Source of the DNA: Eledone cirrhosa
Lineage: Eukaryota
DNA length: 64,000 bases
NCBI GenBank assembly: GCA_964016885.1
Contig: OZ024745.1
Location: 27,590,001 to 27,654,000, forward strand
Direction: 5' to 3'
A model generated the notes under the pieces. That model did not search any database and was not told the DNA's origin. It saw only the letters and a program-made list of their open reading frames with translations. The translations under genes were made by a program, and so were the position numbers. This document shows, in pieces, positions 14,201 through 29,857 of the stretch (the first letter of the stretch is position 1; each line of letters starts with the position of its first letter).

Positions 14201-14875
14201 AACATTTAAAACAGGGCGACAGATTAATACCATCGTAAGGAGGCCGAACAATATCTTGCAATATTTAGTCTCGGCTCTTTAACTTATAAATTCAAAAGCT
14301 TTTATATTCGACTTGGTCATTTACCCTTTCATGGTCGATAAAATAAGCACCAACCCTATACATGTAAAATACTAGAAGTCAATTTAATCGTGTCATTAGT
14401 TCCACGTTAGAAATCAATATGAAAACGTTTGGGCTTTCAATTCCTTTTAATTATAAATTATTTCCCATGAACTTCAGCAACTGATACTTCTCACCATCCA
14501 ATAGAAAAAACTTTTCTTTACTCGTATATATTTTGGAATTACTTTTTTGTGCGATAATTCCATTACGTTTATTTGTGTAGATGATCTGGGAGTTGAGTCT
14601 ATGGTTAGTTTTATTCTCAACTGAAGCCAAACTAATTCCTCTTTTGCCGCCAATACTTTTAAGAAAATAACTAAAAAATCTATAAAAGATGACACAAAAA
14701 ACGTATATAACACCTTCCAATGTGTTGCTATAAACATAAAGGAAACGCACAACACTAAGCTTTCTCTACTAATGGACAAATTAGACTCACCAAGTCTTTC
14801 CAATAGCTACACACACTCTAATTTTATGGCGTTCCTAAATTTGTCACCTATAATAGCTATCTATCTATCACTCTA

Positions 14876-15022
<147 letters not shown>

Positions 15023-15052
15023 TATGTTGTACGTTTTCTATTCTATACAATA

Positions 15053-15122
<70 letters not shown>

Positions 15123-15139
15123 ATCTCTCTCTCTCTCTT

Positions 15140-15233
<94 letters not shown>

Positions 15234-15304
15234 GACAGTATTGTATAGAATAGAAGACGTATAACATAGAATAAAGACTCAGAATTGTTAGGAAAGCACA
15301 TACA

Positions 15305-15346
<42 letters not shown>

Positions 15347-15382
15347 TATTAAGTTATACTTTATTTTTACGGACCTATAAGT

Positions 15383-15565
15383 ATACGAGGGGTGCTGAAA
15401 AGTGTCTGGCTTTAAGGATACCGCGAAAGAGTAGAGCTGTTAACTTTACAGGGGGAGGTAGGACCGTTGCAATAAGGGTAGGAATCTGTTGAATAAAATC
15501 ATAGTCAACTGATCCTCTTGTATTTTCTTTTAACTGATTCTCCTGTATTATCTTTTACCCTAAGG
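15383..15565. mobile_element. Mariner-type MITE fragment
   Basis: Begins tacgagggggtgctgaaaagt, resembling a mariner TIR. Confidence 0.5.
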
Positions 15566-15752
15566 GTGGTGGATTGGCAGTATCGGTAGCGGGTCGGATG
15601 CCATGCTTTTCAGCAGAGTTACGTCCCTTTACGGACTGAGTTCAAATCCCGTAGAGGTTAACTTTGCCTTTCATCCTTACGGGGTCGATAAAATAAAGTA
15701 CTAGTAATGTTCTGGGTAATTGCTGGCCTTGTGCCAAAAGTAGAAACAATTA
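15565..15752 (+). mobile_element. tRNA-derived SINE
   Basis: ggtggattggcagtatcggta head, B-box and conserved core and tail. Confidence 0.8.
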
Positions 15753-15840
15753 TCTTTTACTCAAAGACAGGAACTTTCCAGTACTCTCTCGCACATATAC
15801 ACACACAAACACACAGACAGAGACAAACACGCTCACATGC

Positions 15841-15889
<49 letters not shown>

Positions 15890-16120
15890 AAAAGTAAAAG
15901 AAAAACAACACATTGAAACGATACAGTACAATGAAGATATATATTAGTTTAACGCTTGATATAGTAAGACAAGAGTTTCAACATTTCGGACGTTTGTCTT
16001 TCACCAAAAGATAGAATGAAAGATAAACGAAATAGAAAGATCGACGAAAATAAGGAGAAACCGGAAAAAACATTTTTTCAGAGAAAACAAGTGTTTATTC
16101 AGCAATTTGTTTAAAAATCG

Positions 16121-16161
<41 letters not shown>

Positions 16162-16166
<5 letters not shown>

Positions 16167-17488
16167 AAAATACTGCAGGTCGCACATGGAAACATGTAAT
16201 AAAATAAGTCCCTCATCAGTGATTTGCCGAAGATCATAGATATTTCATTGCATTAAAAATCATATATCTCACTTCGGTGCAATAATAACCAAAATAAGTT
16301 ATTAGGACAATTAAAACGCGTAAAGCGAGTGAGACAGGAGAACAACAGAAAAATTAGCATACCTTAGGGGAGAAACAAGCTTCAAAAATTATTCGTTTAG
16401 CATAAGCTAGGTGAATATATGAGAGCTGAGAGAATAGAACCAACACAAACGAAGGCCATTGAGCAGAGAGAGAAAAAATAGCGTTCGTGAGTGCAGGATG
16501 AAATGAAGAGAAGAGGGAGAAAAACAGTGAGTGAGTGAAAGTGTGAGGAAGAGTTAACGGACAAGACAGAGGGGGAGAAACAGAGAGAATGGGGGAACAG
16601 TAAGAGAGAGAGAAAAAAACACAGAATCGCAGTGGTAAATATATGTATTAAAATATAGAGAAAAATACTGCAGGTCGCACATGGAAACATGTAATAAAAT
16701 AAGTCCCTCAACGCTATTTTTTCTCTCTCTGCTCAATGGCCTTCGTTTGTGTTGGTTCTATTCTCTCAGCTCTCATATATTCACCTAGCTTATGCTAAAC
16801 GAATAATTTTTGAAGCTTGTTTCTCCCCTAAGGTATGCTAATTTTTCTGTTGTTCTCCTGTCTCACTCGCTTTACGCGTTTTAATTGTCCTAATAACTTA
16901 TTTTGGTTATTATTGCACCGAAGTGAGATATATGATTTTTAATGCAATGAAATATCTATGATCTTCGGCAAATCACTGATGAGGGACTTATTTTATTACA
17001 TGTTTCCATGTGCGACCTGCAGTATTTTTCTCTATATTTTAATACATATATTTACCACTGCGATTCTGTGTTTTTTTCTCGCTCTCTTACTGTTCCCCCA
17101 TTCTCTCTGTTTCTCCCCCTTTGTCTTGTCCGTTAACTCTTCCTCACACTTTCACTCACTCACTGTTTTTCTCCCTCTTCTCTTCATTTCATCCTGCACT
17201 CACGAACGCTATTTTTTCTCTCTCTGCTCAATGACCTTCGTTTGTGTTGGTTCTATTCTCTCAGCTCTCATATATTCACCTAGCTTATGCTAAACGAATA
17301 ATTTTTGAAGCTTGTTTCTCCCCTAAGGTATGCTAATTTTTCTGTTGTTCTCCTGTCTCAGTCGCTTTACGCGTTTTAATTGTCCTAATAACTTATTTTG
17401 GTTATTATTGCACCGAAGTGAGATATATGATTTTTAATGCAATGAAATATCTATGATCTTCGGCAAATCACTGATGAGGGACTTATTT

Positions 17489-17493
<5 letters not shown>
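16162..17493. repeat. 495-bp non-coding unit in tandem and inverted array inside (TA)n
   Basis: About 1.1 units on the minus strand (16162-16710) then about 1.6 units on the plus strand (16710-17493). CTGATGA at 16976 and 17471 gives a period of 495. Copies are nearly identical. Confidence 0.9.
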
Positions 17494-17580
<87 letters not shown>

Positions 17581-17677
17581 GTAAAAAACTGCGAGGTTTT
17601 ATTCGTAGTAAGTAGAGCACTCGGCCCACAGGACGAGTTCGGCATAGAGTTAGTTCCACAAGTTTGCTAATTTGTTG

Positions 17678-17825
<148 letters not shown>

Positions 17826-18000
17826 GTAGTTTAGAAAGCCACAACAATGCAGATGGGAAATCTCGAGGTAAGAAGTGAGTGAGAAATAGGAGAAAGTGAA
17901 AATGAAAATGAAACAAAACAAAGGTAGAAGGGTTACCTTCTAAACTACATATTTTACATATTTTACACATTTCACAATGCTTCAAGCAAACTTTAACACC

Positions 18001-18071
<71 letters not shown>

Positions 18072-18242
18072 CATAATCAGAGAAAGCTAATAGCGATACT
18101 CCGGCCAAATTCCAACTCACTCAACAAACATTAGGAAATACCTGAGTATATTCCCAATTAAACGTTCGGGGTGCTAACTAATTGTATTGTGTGGAAAATT
18201 GGCTGTATCATTTCATATGAGATATATCAAATATATCTCTTC

Positions 18243-18321
<79 letters not shown>

Positions 18322-18450
18322 ATTATACTGCCAGTACATTCTGTAGTAAAGTATGTTGCATACAATCCATCAGTAACAACAGTCTCAAGTCAATATAAGC
18401 ATATACTGATAACGTAAACTGTCATTCTTAGTCTTTTAAGTTTAATACTA

Positions 18451-18541
<91 letters not shown>

Positions 18542-18576
18542 CGTTTCGCTAATTTCTACTCGCCGAAATATATACG

Positions 18577-18607
<31 letters not shown>

Positions 18608-20017
18608 GTATATATATATATATGTATATATGTATATATATATATGTATATATATATATATGTATATATAAATATATATATATATATATATTTTTTTTCA
18701 TATATATATTCCTCTGTGTCTGTCTCTATGACTGTTTGTTTGTTTGTGTGCATGTCTTTCTGACTGTTTGTCTCTCACTCTTTCTCGCGTGCTCTCTCTC
18801 CCTCTTCCCCCTCTCTCTCTACACACACATATATAGAGAGAGTATCTTACTATTTGTTTGAATTTGTTTGAATTTTTCCTATAAAGAAGGAAATGCTTCT
18901 ATCAAAGGAATAATGCACCGTCACTGGATGGGTTGCACTTTGAACTTTAGAGAAGTCTTGCTTGTTTTTACTGTTCCGATGTATTTTCAAATTGCATGTT
19001 TGCATGAAACTTTCATTGCCTGAAAAATCAAGCTTTTTCGAGATTGCCACGTAAACATTTACCAACATAGCAAGGTACATTAATCATGTTATGTATGCAT
19101 GTGTATTTATAATCTGACTAGAGAAGATATAGTTTTCAAAGCAGTAGGCCATAAATACTTTCTCCGCCACGATTTTGAAAGAAATGTTCACATCTGCAGA
19201 TCAATTGACCAGCAAGTGTAAATAATTTCTTATTTTCTTTCTCAAACAGTTATATCAAACCTGTTATCTTTACACTTGACGGCATTTTGGACAAGAATGT
19301 TCCATTAATATTCCTCGTGTTGATATCTATATATTCAATTACAGAAGTTTTTTTCATTATTTATCAAATGGAAGAATTCTGTACAGATCTCATTATATAT
19401 ATTTTTTTTCTTTTAGAAGCGATATCATATCGCATTCGAAGGAAGCAAATTTTAACTTCTAGTCATAAATGCAACGGGAACTAATCTTCCATAAAAGGTT
19501 TTGTTGTCCTTGCTTTTTTATTTGATCGTCAAATAACCGGGAGAAGTTGCTTGTTGTATCCTTTTAAAGTACTTGAATTCATTGTTCAATAAATGAACAC
19601 CGACTTAAATTTGAAATCTCCCTCAACATTACCTCAATGTAAAACGGTTCTGCAAAGCGACACTTTTCGCGAGAAAATTTCTTAATGGCATTATATTTTA
19701 GAAGACGCAAGCTTTGTCTCTATTGAATATTTGACAAGTATCGATTATCTTTTTGCATTTATCAGGATGTTTAACTGCGACATCTTCATCTTGTCGCTTC
19801 TGTTATTTCAATTTTTTCAATTCTGTTCGAGTTGTGAAATGTTCTAACCAACATTTGCTGATATAAACTGTTACAGTATTTTTTTTTTCTTTCCGCTGAG
19901 GAAAAGATCGAGAATTAAGATAATAAAATTAATGTGCGCCAATTAAGCCGTTCTAATTTAAAATTTTCCAACGAAAGTATTAATAAATCCTCCATATCAA
20001 TCATTATTAACTATTCT

Positions 20018-20202
20018 GTGGATTGGCAGTACCGGTAGAGGATCGGACGCCATCCTTTGCAGCATAGAGTTACGTACCTTTGCGACTTGAGTTCAAATCC
20101 CGCCGACGTTAACTTTGCCTTTGATCCTTACGGGGTCGATAAAATAAAGTACCAGTAAAGTACTGGGATAATAGCTGTCCTTGTTCCAAAAGTAGAAACA
20201 AT
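20018..20202 (+). mobile_element. tRNA-derived SINE
   Basis: Near-complete copy matching 15565-15752. Confidence 0.8.
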
Positions 20203-22243
20203 ACCACTTAGCATTGATCTCTGAGCTCATTCATTTTGCCCAAAATTATTCTTTGACTTACTAAAGTTAAGTTCTTTTCCGTTCTTAATTTTGTTTCCAC
20301 CTTAATCGAAATTTAATGATATAAATTTAAAGTCTAAAGAAAGAAATTTTTCTCGTTTTAATTTCTAGTGTATTTAACTTTTCTTGTAGATATGGTTTCG
20401 TATGTGTGCATTTGGTAGGATAATATTTTCAATTTGAAGAGTATGTGGTGACGTTTTTAATAAAAATGTAACATGTCGTTCACACAGATGACTGGTGAGA
20501 GACGGAACCTAAATGCAACCCAAATTAAATCAAATCCAGCCACAAACCCAAGCAAACAAAATATACACCTACAATCAACCCAAACACCAGATGCAGGCTA
20601 CTAAAGAAAAAAATTAAGCTACGTACGACCTTCTAACTATATTCCCATCTCCCATTAAACTAACCACGGATCCGCAGAAATTATTGGTAAGAAGATGACA
20701 GATATCATCAGGCTGTAGCCGTCATATTACATAGTTTCTATATAATAGGCTGCAGCGACTACGGATCCAGTATGCAATAAGTATGGAACACACATAATCA
20801 GTACTGTCCTTAGGAGCTACCACATATTCAAGCCGCTTACAAACCAGACACTGTAATATTCAGTTCATGACATCCTTGTACCTGTTTACCAGTCTATAAA
20901 TCTATGCCAAGCTACATTAGCATGTGGTTCCGTTAGCCATTACACACATAACACCAACCACGTATGCCATTTATCGAACTCAGCCTAAGTTAAACTACTC
21001 TCTGCACATTCATATAAACATGAACCACGAAAAGCGCTAAGCATCTTGATCGACTAACAAAGCTAATAACTGAAACAAATAGAATTAACATTTCTATGAA
21101 AAACCCTAAACTATCAAACTACCACCCAACGTTCTCGACTAATGGCCATTTGCTACTTAACTGCAAGCAAGCCCAAAATAGCTTAGAACCTTCTTAAAAC
21201 CTTCCTTTTCATAGCAATGTCACGGCAAAAGCGTTGTATCCATAATTTCCTATCGAATCCTTGTCTTCCTATATGTGTTGATCGTCTCCTAACTGTGTTC
21301 GTAAAAACGTTAACCTGGTTACTTATTTTACCATACCTTAATACTCGACTAGAAAACAGGTTGTAATCCATTAAAACGAGTATACAGATGGGAGAAAAAG
21401 ATACAAGCTACCTAAACACTAAGATACGTAGTCTTATTGTAAACACTTGCTATTCCAACTCATCATTCCTTTCGATGGTAACGTCTAAATAATTGTCCTT
21501 ATTTACATCGCAACCATTCCACTTCTCCTCCAAACTATCCGGATAAATTTTATGCAATTAGCCGTCAAAGTGACCATAGTTCAGAACAAAATATAATCTG
21601 TCTCCACAGCCCCCACACAACAGCTTATTCAGGCCTATCCTCCTTAGTTTCCTCAACCCTGCTAGAAAGACAAACTCCCAAGTGGATAAATATAAATCGG
21701 CTTTAATTACATGTCTGACTTATTTGAACAGATTACCCGCAAACGTAATATATGTATTATTTACTATAAATCCTACTGCTCGTTTGAGCTTAACCTTTGT
21801 CCAACAAGTGTACCCGTTATACCCTATTCAAGAAATGAAGTCTTTCCTGTTCCTAAAAGAAACATACTTATATTTTTCCGAAAACCTATTGCCCTACCAA
21901 CCCCGTCCTAGTTTACAAACTAGTATATAAAGTATAAACATTATACGCGTGCATAGTTTTAACTACCTCTATTCTATTCAATTTAACCGAAAACTCAGCA
22001 TACTATCCTATACTCCAACTCATATTCAGACCACTATCATAAAGAACCACATCAAAATACTTAACAAAGGCCTCATTAACCACTTCTAAAGTCTCATCAA
22101 CCAAAATGTATGTCTAGAGTCTATGTGTAGTCTGTAAAACAATTTTGGCATTATACTGTTAATAAGAAGATGCTGTTCTCTTTTTAAGATAATTTGAACC
22201 AATAATGAAGCTGAAAACTAGTTTCTGGTTTCTAGAAAACATT

Positions 22244-22320
<77 letters not shown>

Positions 22321-22462
22321 TCTGAGATCATCAACAGTTCTAATCTTATAGAAGTAATTTTTCTATATATGTAGTAAATATGCCTATACTCTACCAATGT
22401 ATTGAGTACATTTTTTTAAACTGTGGTTACCCCCCGATACAACTCAGGAATATACATATTAT

Positions 22463-22496
<34 letters not shown>

Positions 22497-23759
22497 TGTG
22501 TGTGTGTGGCATTAGTCTTCGTTTTACAAAATAGTGTTTACCAATATTTTTAGCAATAACTTTTTAATTTTATTCTCATATCCTATACCTTTAACTAATT
22601 ATATAGTTTATTGAATTATTATCTAATATTATCTACTTTAAATGATAGTGAGATAGCAATTTTAGAGAGCAAAACAGACTTCTTTATAGCATTTCGTTTC
22701 GTCTGTATACAATCCGTGCTAAAATATGTTTACCATACCTTTTATCACCATGGTGTTTGTAAACTTGTAGTATTAATTTTCAAGGGTTAATTTACTCGAT
22801 TAAACTTATGCAAATTTTGTGGTTTTATGACTGATCAATATAATCCAAATTTGCGTTTAGAAATCAATCGATCTAACATGTGTTGAAACCATCGTGTTAT
22901 AGTTGAAATGAATTCACTAGATAATCGTTATTGTTGTCTTATAAAACGACGACTGATCTCCGCAAATCATTCTTAGACATCAGATTAACTAATATTAAAA
23001 GCCTAATTAATTAAAGAATGTGAAAGTGATATTCTGGGACAGTTTAACTGCAATTGATATCTTATTGAGGCCAAAACAGTTATTTTGTCCTCTAAAGCAA
23101 TGTAATCTCTATATTAAGATATGAAAATTGAGGTAAATAGGCACATTATTTACGTAGACATCTAGACTCCATTAGTAAAATCTATTTCAAATAACAACGT
23201 TACAGGTATTTAAAAACGGAAAACGAAGGGAAAAGCAAGGGCTCTAGGGTCACAGAAGAATGGGAAAGGGAAGAGGGAGGGTGATGGGTTCTAGGCCCGG
23301 GGAGCGGCAGTGTTGGGACAAGACCGCAAAAGCATTTCCGTGGACAATCTAAATAAGGAGTTTAACAAATTTAGTTGGAGAGAAGGATTGACCAAATCTA
23401 CCCCATAACTTGACTAGTAATTTATTTAATCAATTCCAAATATATAAAAGGAAAGGCGATCTCAGTTTAGAGAAAATGTGAGAGCAACAAACAGTTTGTT
23501 TTCAGAACAGTTCTTATTGCTTGAAACAAGATTTTCTAAGCGCCGGAATGCTGCGTGGCGTTTCCGATTAATTGATTTTCATAAGGCTTATCTTGTATCA
23601 CTGTAGGCATAGATACTAAACTTGTTTATTTTGTGTGGGCGACACAAATCCCATCGCATAGAAATATCAAGCCCATATGTTCATACGTTATAATAAACAA
23701 ACACTGTTTAAGTTAACGTTGATTAATGCATGGCAATATTTTGATACAAAATATGTTAA

Positions 23760-23985
23760 GATTTCTAATTTAAGCACAACGCCAGCACATTTTGGCGAAG
23801 GGGCAAAGTTGATTGAATCAACCCCAGTACTTGACTGGTAATTTATCTTATTGAACAACGAAGGGTGAATGTTAAAGCCGACCTCAGCTCAGCATGATTT
23901 GAACTCGGAATGTTAAGAACTAGAACAGCATCTCAAAGACATATTATCCAACGTTTTACCAACTCTGTCAATCCAGCACCACTTC
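23760..23985 (-). mobile_element. tRNA-derived SINE (diverged)
   Basis: Reverse complement of the SINE core (gtacttgactggta...gatttgaactc). Confidence 0.6.
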
Positions 23986-24224
23986 AAAATATGTTAAGAT
24001 TATTAAAGCATCATGGCCAATAAGGGAAGAAAGAATTATCAAAACATCATTAAGCCATAATTCACAAAGTATTGCTGTTGTTGCCCGGTTTCAGTAAACC
24101 TCTGATGAAAGTAATTTCATCTATAACGAATCGATCTTCTTCTTCTTCTTCTTCTTCTTCTTCTTCTTCTTCTTCTTCTTCTTCTTCTTCATTGATGTTA
24201 TTAATCTATCTTGCTCGGGGTCTA

Positions 24225-24600
24225 CTCCTGGGTTTATCGCTGGCTGGTTTTACCCATAAAATATGTCCAGTGATTTTTTCCTGAGACATTCTAATTACAT
24301 ACCCTAAATTACAATCTCTAAATTCGGAGAAGTAGCAGCTCTAACTGAAGCAACACTCTGATCTCCGAACTTCGCACTCTGTCGAGTAAAATTACTCCAA
24401 AAGACGCTTCGGAGGAACCTCTTGCGTTCGCGATCTTATTCTTTCGGTCATTACCCAGGATTCATGATCATAGGTAAGGTTTGGCACGAATATCGAATTG
24501 AAGATAGCGAGTTTAGCTTTTACACCTACTTCGTCTGATGACCGAATGCTGAAGTTGGCGCAATACTGCACCAGCGTCTGCATGTCATTTCAGGAACAAC
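24225..24600 (-). mobile_element. RTE LINE 3' fragment
   Basis: KAKLAIFNSIFVPNLTYDHESWVMTERIRSR, with a (GAA)n tail at 24135-24190. Confidence 0.7.
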
Positions 24601-26619
24601 CAATCGATTTTGTTCTGTCGTAGTGAATCTATAACTATATTATCTGATGAGTTCTTCCTTTTCTTACTATAGTTGAGTATGATTTGGAAATGGTTTGAAA
24701 AACGAACGATGGCATGGAAGTTTACTTTGCTAAGTTTTGGGAGTCGACCCATCGCATAGAAACGTCTTTCTTGACTCTTTGGTAGACTTGTAAGACATAG
24801 AAGTGTATTGATAAAGAAAACAGAAAGCTGGTACTTTATTTTAATGTAAAGAACAGGAAGAAATAAAGCAATGACATTTTACCCAAAGTTCTAACGACTC
24901 TGCCTAACAACCGTTCCAAAGGCTATATCAATAATGGTTTCTGATTTAGGCACAAGGCCAATTCGGTGAATTCGGTAAAGAAACTCCGCTCAAAGTTCTG
25001 AATTAGCCTGTTGTATTAATGGCTTCAAAAATTGTCCTCTCTTAATGTCTTGGCTTATGTTTACAATCGCATGATCAGAATTGACCCATTTAGCTGGTTA
25101 CTTTTCGTTGTCCCAAACCTTCGACTGATGGTGCTGATGTCATTGAGCTTCTGATAATTTCATTTGTTTTTGCTTTCAATCTAGCTCTCCTCGGAGCTGC
25201 AGGCGATGTTGCTCAGGAAACAGTAATAACAGCAACCATATCTATGATCTTCCTATAAGAAACCTGCTGTTTTGGCCACCTTTGCTACAACTGACTGCTT
25301 CCATATTTTTCTTTTACTTCTACTCTTCTTCTGGACAGAAGCTCCCCCTCTACCTTTACTGCTTTACACTAAAAGTTAGTCACGAGCGGTGGAGTTCACT
25401 CCAAGCGGTACTTTTAGGGAGTGGAATTTTATGGGTATCTTTGTTGTGCTGTTCGTGGATTGGTGTGAGGCACAAACTCTAATTGTAACCTCATTAATTA
25501 AACGGGAGTACGTTTTAAAACTTTCTCTTTTATTCATTCAAAGACGTCAGACAAAATGATATTTTATTACTGAATGATTTGACTTCTTTTATATCACTTC
25601 CAAACTTAGTTCTGCTATCTAAATGAATGCCTTGTTGTTGAGTTGTTTCGCCCGAATCATATTCTGATTCTGCAGACTTATGTTCAAAAGTATTCCATTG
25701 GGGGATGATTTGAACTGTATTATCTATCCTTTTCTTCAGACGATAATGTGACATGTGAGGGAAAATTGGCTGTTATTGCTTGCAAGTCTATCGATCACAT
25801 GAAGGCATTTCGTTAGCTTGCAGATAGGCATTTCATATATATGCAGTTTCTTAGTTATAACTAAACAAATGAGAAAATATTAAAATCATCTTATTAAAAA
25901 AAAGTAAAAAAAAATAAAAGAAGAAACAATTATTTGTATTTCCTTAAATAAGAAATGATTCTTTTAAAATTCTCTCCATGATTTAGTTAAACTTTCTCTA
26001 CAAGACTATGAAGATTAAATTAGTCATAGAACAGCTATTTCACTCCACTTGATATGTTATTTCCCATGAACTAAACCTCTAAATAATAGGCTTAGCTGAT
26101 CTGCATCTCGTACCAGTCAGCTACTTGTGACAATATAATGGACTCCCTCGCCCAATATTGTTGACCTTATGCTAAAATTAGAGTCGATTATTAATAGAAC
26201 GACTGGGCTGTGTTAGACGGAGAAATTGTTCCGATTCTTTACGTTTTGAGTTCAAATCCGGCAGAAATAATTTTGCTTTTCCGGGGTCGAAAAGATAAAA
26301 TACCAATAAAGTACCATTATAATCGACGTTCCACTCCCACTACGAATTTCATGTTTGTGCTTAGATTAGAAATCAATATCAATATAGCGGTTCGATAAAA
26401 TAAAGTACTGACGTCGATATTTTACCGTCATAATTGCTATTTTATTTGTCTACATCAGAAACGATTATTAATAGAGCCGTAAATCGTAGAGTTATAATGT
26501 ATCACAACATGTTTTGTGGTATTTAGTTAGGTTCCTTTCTAGCTCAACTCCTGCTGGAATCTATTATGCGTTTCATTGTTCCAGACTCGGTAATTCTTAT
26601 TAGTGTTGCCTGCCATAGT

Positions 26620-26825
26620 GGCAGTATTTGTAGAGCATCGGACAAAGTACTTGGCTACATTTAGTTATGGCCCTTTACTTTCCGAGTTCAAATCCCCCCG
26701 GAGTCAATTTTGCCTTTCATCCTTCTAACGTCGATAAAATAAAGTACCAGTAATGCACTGGGATCGATTTGGCTTTCACCACCTCCCAAAATTGCTGGCC
26801 TTGTGTCTATAGTAGAAAACATTAT
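26620..26825 (+). mobile_element. tRNA-derived SINE
   Basis: Conserved core and tail. Further decayed copies at 26150-26420. Confidence 0.7.
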
Positions 26826-27709
26826 TATTAGTGTTATATTAAGACGTTTATTGAAGTCGCTTTTGTTTTAAGCGTTAGTTAGATATGTTTAGTTTTATTA
26901 TATTTTTAATATACCGGCGAAGAGGTGGAAGGATGAATTGTTAGTATGCCTTTCCTGTTCAGATCAAGAATATTGTTACTTGTTTCTATAACAAAGGCAT
27001 TAAAGTGGTGAAAGTGGATGGTATTTCCAATAACAATGTCAGTTCTTTTCATTCTTCTGAGCAGAGGAAAAAGAGAAAACAAAGCTAATTTAGACAATAT
27101 AACTAACAGTACAAATAGTATATTAAAAAAACAACAACAGCAGAAACACGCTATCTGACTGAACAGAAAAGACTTATAGCTCAGTACACTGCAACCGCTG
27201 GCAGTACAAGCAGAATGAAGAGAGCTAACAAGAAAACACCGACAACACCAGTAACAATATGAACAGCAGCAACATCATTGACAACTGCAGCGTCCAAGCC
27301 AGCAATGGAGCTTCGTTGTGATCGATGAAACTGCTAGAAATAGTAGATCTCCTTTATTGTCTTAGAAAAAGACATATTAGATAATGTGATCATGAGTTCC
27401 ATGCACAAACAAATGAAGGAATGACCACAGTTGGAACGGCAATAATCATAGTTTTTCTCAGCAAGAACTGACATGGGGATAAACAACAACAACGTTGCCA
27501 AAAAGTAAATTTCAGCGTGGTCGCCTGGCTTTCGTGAAACAGAAGCCGAATTTTCCTTCAAATCATATTATACCCTCTTAATATAGAAAGAAATACATTC
27601 GTTAAATAACCCCTTCTTTCAAGAATGACCATGGGTTTTGCATCTAGAATGTTCCTTTTTAAAGCACAACAGGTGTTTTTTTTGTAGAAGACCAGTAGTC
27701 ACCTATATA

Positions 27710-28040
27710 TACCAGTCTCCCCTCACCTCGTCACCGACGTTGTCCAAGAGAATGGCAAAGGCTGATGCAGCTTGGTACCAGTGACGTCGCAATTTATATA
27801 TCCATTATATATACACTGTATATAGACTATATATACACCGTGACACATTATATATGATGTTGTCCAAGGGAAAGGCAAAAGCCAATACAGTTTGGCACCA
27901 GTGACTCATTTTTTCCAGCTGAGCGACGTGAAATAAAGTATCTTGCTGAAGGAAACAAGTCATCGCCAGGTCAGGGAATTGAACTCATGACCTCATGGTT
28001 GTGATCCCATCATGCTCTAACCACTAAGCCATGACACACT
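27710..28040 (-). mobile_element. tRNA-derived SINE (second family)
   Basis: Reverse complement of tggcttagtggttagagc...gagttcaattccc, with an internal duplication gttgtccaag...ggcaccagtgac. Confidence 0.6.
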
Positions 28041-29209
28041 CCCTGACTAAATGACAAAGTAACTGGAACAACTTTGATCATAGAGCTCACCTGAGGCTAA
28101 ATTACAACAGCAGCAGCAAAGACGATGACATTGAAATCAGCACCACTGTTACAATTGAACAGAATAAAAATAGTAAGGAAAGTGTTAACAGCGATCATAA
28201 AGAAGAGGAGTGAAGAGGGTTATATATATGTGTGAAGTTACAGAGATAATTAGGCTCAAACTCAACATGTAACTGAGAAAAATACAGCAAATATGTTAAC
28301 AGTGAGGACAAATTTATATTTTCATGAGAATATTCTGGAGAAAACTAAGAGATGTAAGGTAATAGGTGGCTGCTTCTCTAAGAGAACGAAAACAAAACAG
28401 ACACTCCAACGAAGACATACTTTGAGTTGGAAATTGAATAGCTTTAGACTAAACATAAATAATACGAGGCTCTGCTGAAAAGTTCATAAGCTGACTATGA
28501 AGAAGTGATGCTAGCTGTGAAATCTTGCATGCATTAATTTCAACTCTTCTTATTAATAACTGCATGAAACAGTTCTAGTTCTTTGGAAGTCATTTCTATA
28601 TAAAATACAGATGCTTATACTCTACTAACGTATTGAGTACCTTGTTTAACTTTGGTCCCTTCCCAATACTCATCGGGAATCCTGGTGGTCCCAGTGGACA
28701 GAATAGAGAAAACGTTGCCCAGGAGGATGACGAGGGAGACGTGTTGGAATAGTCATTCCAACATGCAGGGATCGTTCTTGCGGTTGGCCAATTCTGCCTC
28801 GATAGTAGCGAGTAGGGAAGTGGTCCTAGAACCAAGAACGCGGCAAGTCTCTACAGCTACATATTTGACCACAAACCTATCGGAGAGCGACCGACACTTC
28901 GACAGTTTATCATCTTCAATCTGATGAGCAACGAAGCCTGGGTATTTTAGTTTTTCTATCAGCATGTTCTCTGTCTTAGTACCTGCCTAGACGAAACACT
29001 TATAGCGCCCTTTCAGAATATGGTCAATGACAACATTTGGTGACAACAATATGGCGGACTAGAAGCAATGTATTTGATACCTAGCTACTCAATCATTTAG
29101 AGCATGAGAGTTTGTTGATTCTGTTACATTAAATGTAGTCGTTTTAACAATTTCATACCGATATCATTTCTGCTGTTCTTCAGTTCTTCAAAACTTTTTA
29201 AAGGAATAC

Positions 29210-29301
<92 letters not shown>

Positions 29302-29810
29302 TCTAAACAATGATGGTTTTATTCAGAGCCCAACGTAAGAAAATATTCTAAGGCCAATGGTCTGTTAATGAAATTAAGGCAGATTGTGATACTAAATCCG
29401 TTGTCCTATGTTAATTGAATCTGAATGATTACCTTCAATATCTTGGGACTATTTCTTTCTCCATCGTTGAAGCTTTGTATGTAATTTCAATCCATGCCTG
29501 TCCAAACAAAAGTCGGCATTATTGGATTTCGAACTGAAAAACCGATGTCTTCGTTACACAGTGTTAAACTCGATCAGCTATCAAAACCCGATATCTGTTG
29601 ATATGATGCAGTAGATTTAAAAATAGCAACAAATATATTAGAAAAAAACAAACAAAAAAAAACAAAAACAAAAACAAAAGACAAATAGATAAACAAATAA
29701 ATCAATCGATTGATATTAAACAAATGAAAGGAAGCATACATGGATAGATTGCTGGAGAGAGACAGATGAATATATAGATTTAAATATAGTAACAACACTC
29801 AGTCCCCACC

Positions 29811-29857
<47 letters not shown>

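Noticed and set aside
16397-17293. Repeated 104-111 aa hydrophobic ORF in the 495-bp unit
   Set aside because: It results from CT-rich composition, has no recognisable domain, and is repeated only because the unit is.
18860-22130. Possible decayed DNA transposon (18.9-19.9 kb) and C/A-skewed retroelement (20.5-22.1 kb)
   Set aside because: The composition is suggestive, but I could not read diagnostic motifs with confidence.
24100-28930. Isolated CTGATGA heptamers (about 24101, 24535, 24644, 28921; also 4646)
   Set aside because: No stem II plus GAAA plus stem III/NUH arrangement can be built, and such heptamers are expected by chance.
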